Source of the DNA: a virus
Strand: one strand, 5' to 3'
DNA length: 64,000 nt
Virus record (IMG/VR): IMGVR_UViG_3300019776_000165
Location: 1-64,000 of that record
Shown: positions 61,562 to 64,000 of the stretch, piece after piece
Position numbering within the stretch: position 1 is the stretch's first letter
How the letters are laid out: each line of letters opens with the position of its first letter
Translations under genes and position numbers: made by a program
Notes under the pieces: model-generated
What the model saw: the letters and a program-made list of their open reading frames with translations, nothing else
What the model was told of the DNA's origin: nothing
Databases searched by the model: none

Positions 61562-61580
61562 GTCCAAGGCAAACAAAGTT

Positions 61581-61603
61581 TAACCCCCAGCAATGGGGGT
61601 TTT
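61581..61603 (+). terminator. Intrinsic terminator
   Basis: AACCCCCA-GCAA-TGGGGGTT plus T-run. Confidence 0.75.
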
Positions 61604-61884
61604 TCTTTATCCTTAAAGCGTAGATATTCGTGCGAATACTACCTACTTTTGTAGCCTTGCGCCTTTTAAAGGATTCTGCTGATGTCGAATGCAAACTGGA
61701 AGCCCTGGTGGGAACAAGTTGCATCCTATCGAAATGGTAACGACCAAAGAGAGTTTCTCCGTGGTGTGTTCCAAGGGATGACAACCAACCGACCAGCCCA
61801 AGCAACCTATGTTAAGGGCTTGATTGAAGGCTACAAAAACAGGAAGTTCGTACAGCCAGAATCGTTTAAAGGCAAGCAAGGCAA

Positions 61885-62196
61885 GTGAAACACTCCATCA
61901 ACGCAGCACATAAGGCAGCGCACTCTACCGCCGAGTTTATGACTGGCGAGTTGCGTAGGTCTGCGCTTGAGCACGGCTGGCACCCTGACGTGGTAGCCAA
62001 CATGCACGTCAACTATGATGGGGAAGAGTTCAAGGTACACGTCCACCCTGAGTACCGTGACCGTGCTTTTGTGCACGAGTTTGGCGACGAAAACAACCGC
62101 CCTACCGCTGTAATCCGCAAGTATGACAATGACGGGTTCAACTACAGCCAAGTTTTCCACATGCACCTCTCTAAGCACCTAGGAGGCATCCTGTGA
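61885..62196 (+). CDS. Probable tail completion protein
   Basis: HEFGD..RP..VIR; position before tail terminator. Confidence 0.45.
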   Translation: MKHSINAAHKAAHSTAEFMTGELRRSALEHGWHPDVVANMHVNYDGEEFKVHVHPEYRDRAFVHEFGDENNRPTAVIRKYDNDGFNYSQVFHMHLSKHLGGIL

Positions 62197-62882
62197 CGTT
62201 CCTAATCTCTGAAGACAAGGCTTTGCGTGAGAAGTTGCAAGGCATGGTTGTTTACGACCAGAGGTCAATCAACGATGACGCTCCCCGTCAGGTAGCGGTA
62301 TTCTTTGGTCAACCAGACCAGGAAATCCGTAATCAGTCATACCCCTATGTCACTATCGACATGATTGGTGTACAGCGTGACCCTAGCCGTGAAATGCGTT
62401 TTGATGCTTCAATTCCTGACTATCTGCAACCACTAAACCCATCCTCTGAGGTTGAGAAGTTTGTGGCGTTTGAACTAGTCCCTGTAAACATTGACTACCA
62501 AATCACAACTTATGCACGTCAGCCACGGCACGACCGTGAAATCATCGCCCAACTATTGGGTAGCAAACTTCCTCTACGTTTTGGAGCCCTTGACGTAGTG
62601 GACGACACTAGTACGGTAGGAACCACTACTACCAACATAGTGACCACACGTCGCCTCGACGTAATGGACGTATCAAAGAGAGACACGACTGAGCAAGCAA
62701 AACGTTTGTTCATGAACGTCATCACTGTTCGTGTTTCTAGCGAACTCTCATTTGGTGCACTACAAAACCTCTACCAAGTACTCGAAGTACACATCGATAA
62801 CCCGACAGCGCAAAATGCAGGTGGCCGTAATGGCGAACCATATTTCATTGGTGTTGGTCCGAGCATTATTACTGGCAACTAA
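62193..62882 (+). CDS. Probable tail terminator/completion protein
   Basis: YPYVTID, PVNIDYQITTY; directly before sheath. Confidence 0.55.
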   Translation: MTFLISEDKALREKLQGMVVYDQRSINDDAPRQVAVFFGQPDQEIRNQSYPYVTIDMIGVQRDPSREMRFDASIPDYLQPLNPSSEVEKFVAFELVPVNIDYQITTYARQPRHDREIIAQLLGSKLPLRFGALDVVDDTSTVGTTTTNIVTTRRLDVMDVSKRDTTEQAKRLFMNVITVRVSSELSFGALQNLYQVLEVHIDNPTAQNAGGRNGEPYFIGVGPSIITGN

Positions 62883-62921
62883 ACGTACCCCACTGAAAAA
62901 TAACCTAGTTAGGAGAAACCC

Positions 62922-64000
62922 ATGACCTATGGTCGTCCTGGCGTTTATATCAATGAGCGCCTTCTACCCGCTCCTATCGCTGCAACTGGTACGGCTAACG
63001 CTGCTGGTGCTGCGGTTGGAGAATTCTCGCAGGGACCAACTGACGTTACTCTCGTCACTTCTTGGTATGACTTTGTCAAGAAGTTTGGCGGCTACAACGC
63101 CCAGTACCCTGCAACCTTTGGTGTAAGCCTGTTCTTCCAGAACGGCGGAAGCGAACTGTATGTACAGCGCATCCTTCACACCACCGATGAAACCAGCGCC
63201 AACAACGCCGACTGGGCCAAGATTGACATTGTCGATGCAGCCGCTGCTGTTGTAGGCGTTGCAAAGGCTAAGGACCTTGGAGAAGACGGAAACAACCTTC
63301 GAGTTAAGGTGACCGCCTCTACCCGTGCAGACGAAGGAAGCCTTTCGTTCCGAAACCTGACCGTGTACAAGGAAGTTGCAAATGGAGACCTCAGCATTGT
63401 TGAGCAGTTTAACAACGTTGTTTTCTCGGACTCGACCTCTAACGACTTTGCAGCCACTGTAGTCAACCTAAACTCGGAGTACATTACCCTGACTATCAGC
63501 GACACTACAAAGACTCCTGTTCTTGACACCTTCTTCTACTTGGCTGGTGGCTCTAACGGTATCGCTGCAACTTCAGCAGACTACACCGCTAACATCGACG
63601 CATTCACCGCTTTGGACCGTCCACTAGTCATTTTTGCCCCTGAGGTAATCACCCGACTAGATGACGAAGCGGCTGGACAAGACGTACAAAACGCTCTGAT
63701 TGACTGGGCAACTCTGAACAACAGTTTTGCTGTTGTGGACACCCCAGCAAACCAGGTTGTTGTTGCAGCCCTAGCCACCAGTGCAGGCTTCTCAAAGTCT
63801 AGCCACGGTGCTGCTTACTACCCAAACATCTACATTAGCGACCCAGTAGGACGAAGCAGTTCTTCGCTCCGCAAGGTTGGTCCTGCAGGTGCAATTGCTG
63901 GCCTGTACATTCAGACCGACAAGACCGTTGGCCCATTCAAGGCTCCTGCTGGTCTATACGCATCGGTACGTGGCGCAGTTGCTCTAGAGCGTTCGCTAAC
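62922..64000 (+). CDS. Tail sheath protein (runs off the window; absent from ORF track)
   Basis: AGGAG RBS; MTYGRPGVYINE, FFQNGG..LYVQRI, LAGGSNG, FAVVDTP, AAYYP, GAIAGLY..TD...GPFKAPAG. Confidence 0.92.
   Translation, partial: MTYGRPGVYINERLLPAPIAATGTANAAGAAVGEFSQGPTDVTLVTSWYDFVKKFGGYNAQYPATFGVSLFFQNGGSELYVQRILHTTDETSANNADWAKIDIVDAAAAVVGVAKAKDLGEDGNNLRVKVTASTRADEGSLSFRNLTVYKEVANGDLSIVEQFNNVVFSDSTSNDFAATVVNLNSEYITLTISDTTKTPVLDTFFYLAGGSNGIAATSADYTANIDAFTALDRPLVIFAPEVITRLDDEAAGQDVQNALIDWATLNNSFAVVDTPANQVVVAALATSAGFSKSSHGAAYYPNIYISDPVGRSSSSLRKVGPAGAIAGLYIQTDKTVGPFKAPAGLYASVRGAVALERSL

Overview
This window is 64 kb of a large tailed dsDNA phage with a contractile tail (tail sheath from 62922, truncated by the window end). 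WhiB, an actinobacterial-type SSB and ThyX suggest an actinobacterial host (inference). Layout: (1) 1-15.8 kb, + strand: chained micro-ORFs, DUF1599-like gene, RuvC-like resolvase, SpoVS, many hypotheticals, a nucleotidyltransferase/HAD-like/TGT-like cluster, class II ribonucleotide reductase and thioredoxin. (2) 15.9-29.2 kb, - strand, probably the early region: WhiB, XRE HTH, MoxR-like AAA + vWA, SSB and dozens of small ORFs. (3) 29.2-41.7 kb: GNAT, Hsp20, three tRNAs, NlpC/P60, ThyX, a lectin-stalk protein, M23 endolysin/holin, PASTA and KTSC proteins. (4) 41.7-64 kb: terminase, portal, scaffold, capsid, fibres, glycosyltransferase, small basic proteins, tail completion and sheath. The most unusual signal is non-coding. 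Four tRNA-like elements (acceptor-like stem + T-arm; three lack any anticodon arm and show compensatory base changes) punctuate the start of the - strand early transcript. They lie downstream of a ~380-nt multi-hairpin ORF-poor leader and a 4-copy promoter-like motif. A 13-bp asymmetric motif (CCAAGGCAAACAA) occurs 7 times, always co-oriented with transcription. Protein calls come from motif recognition by eye, not from database searches.
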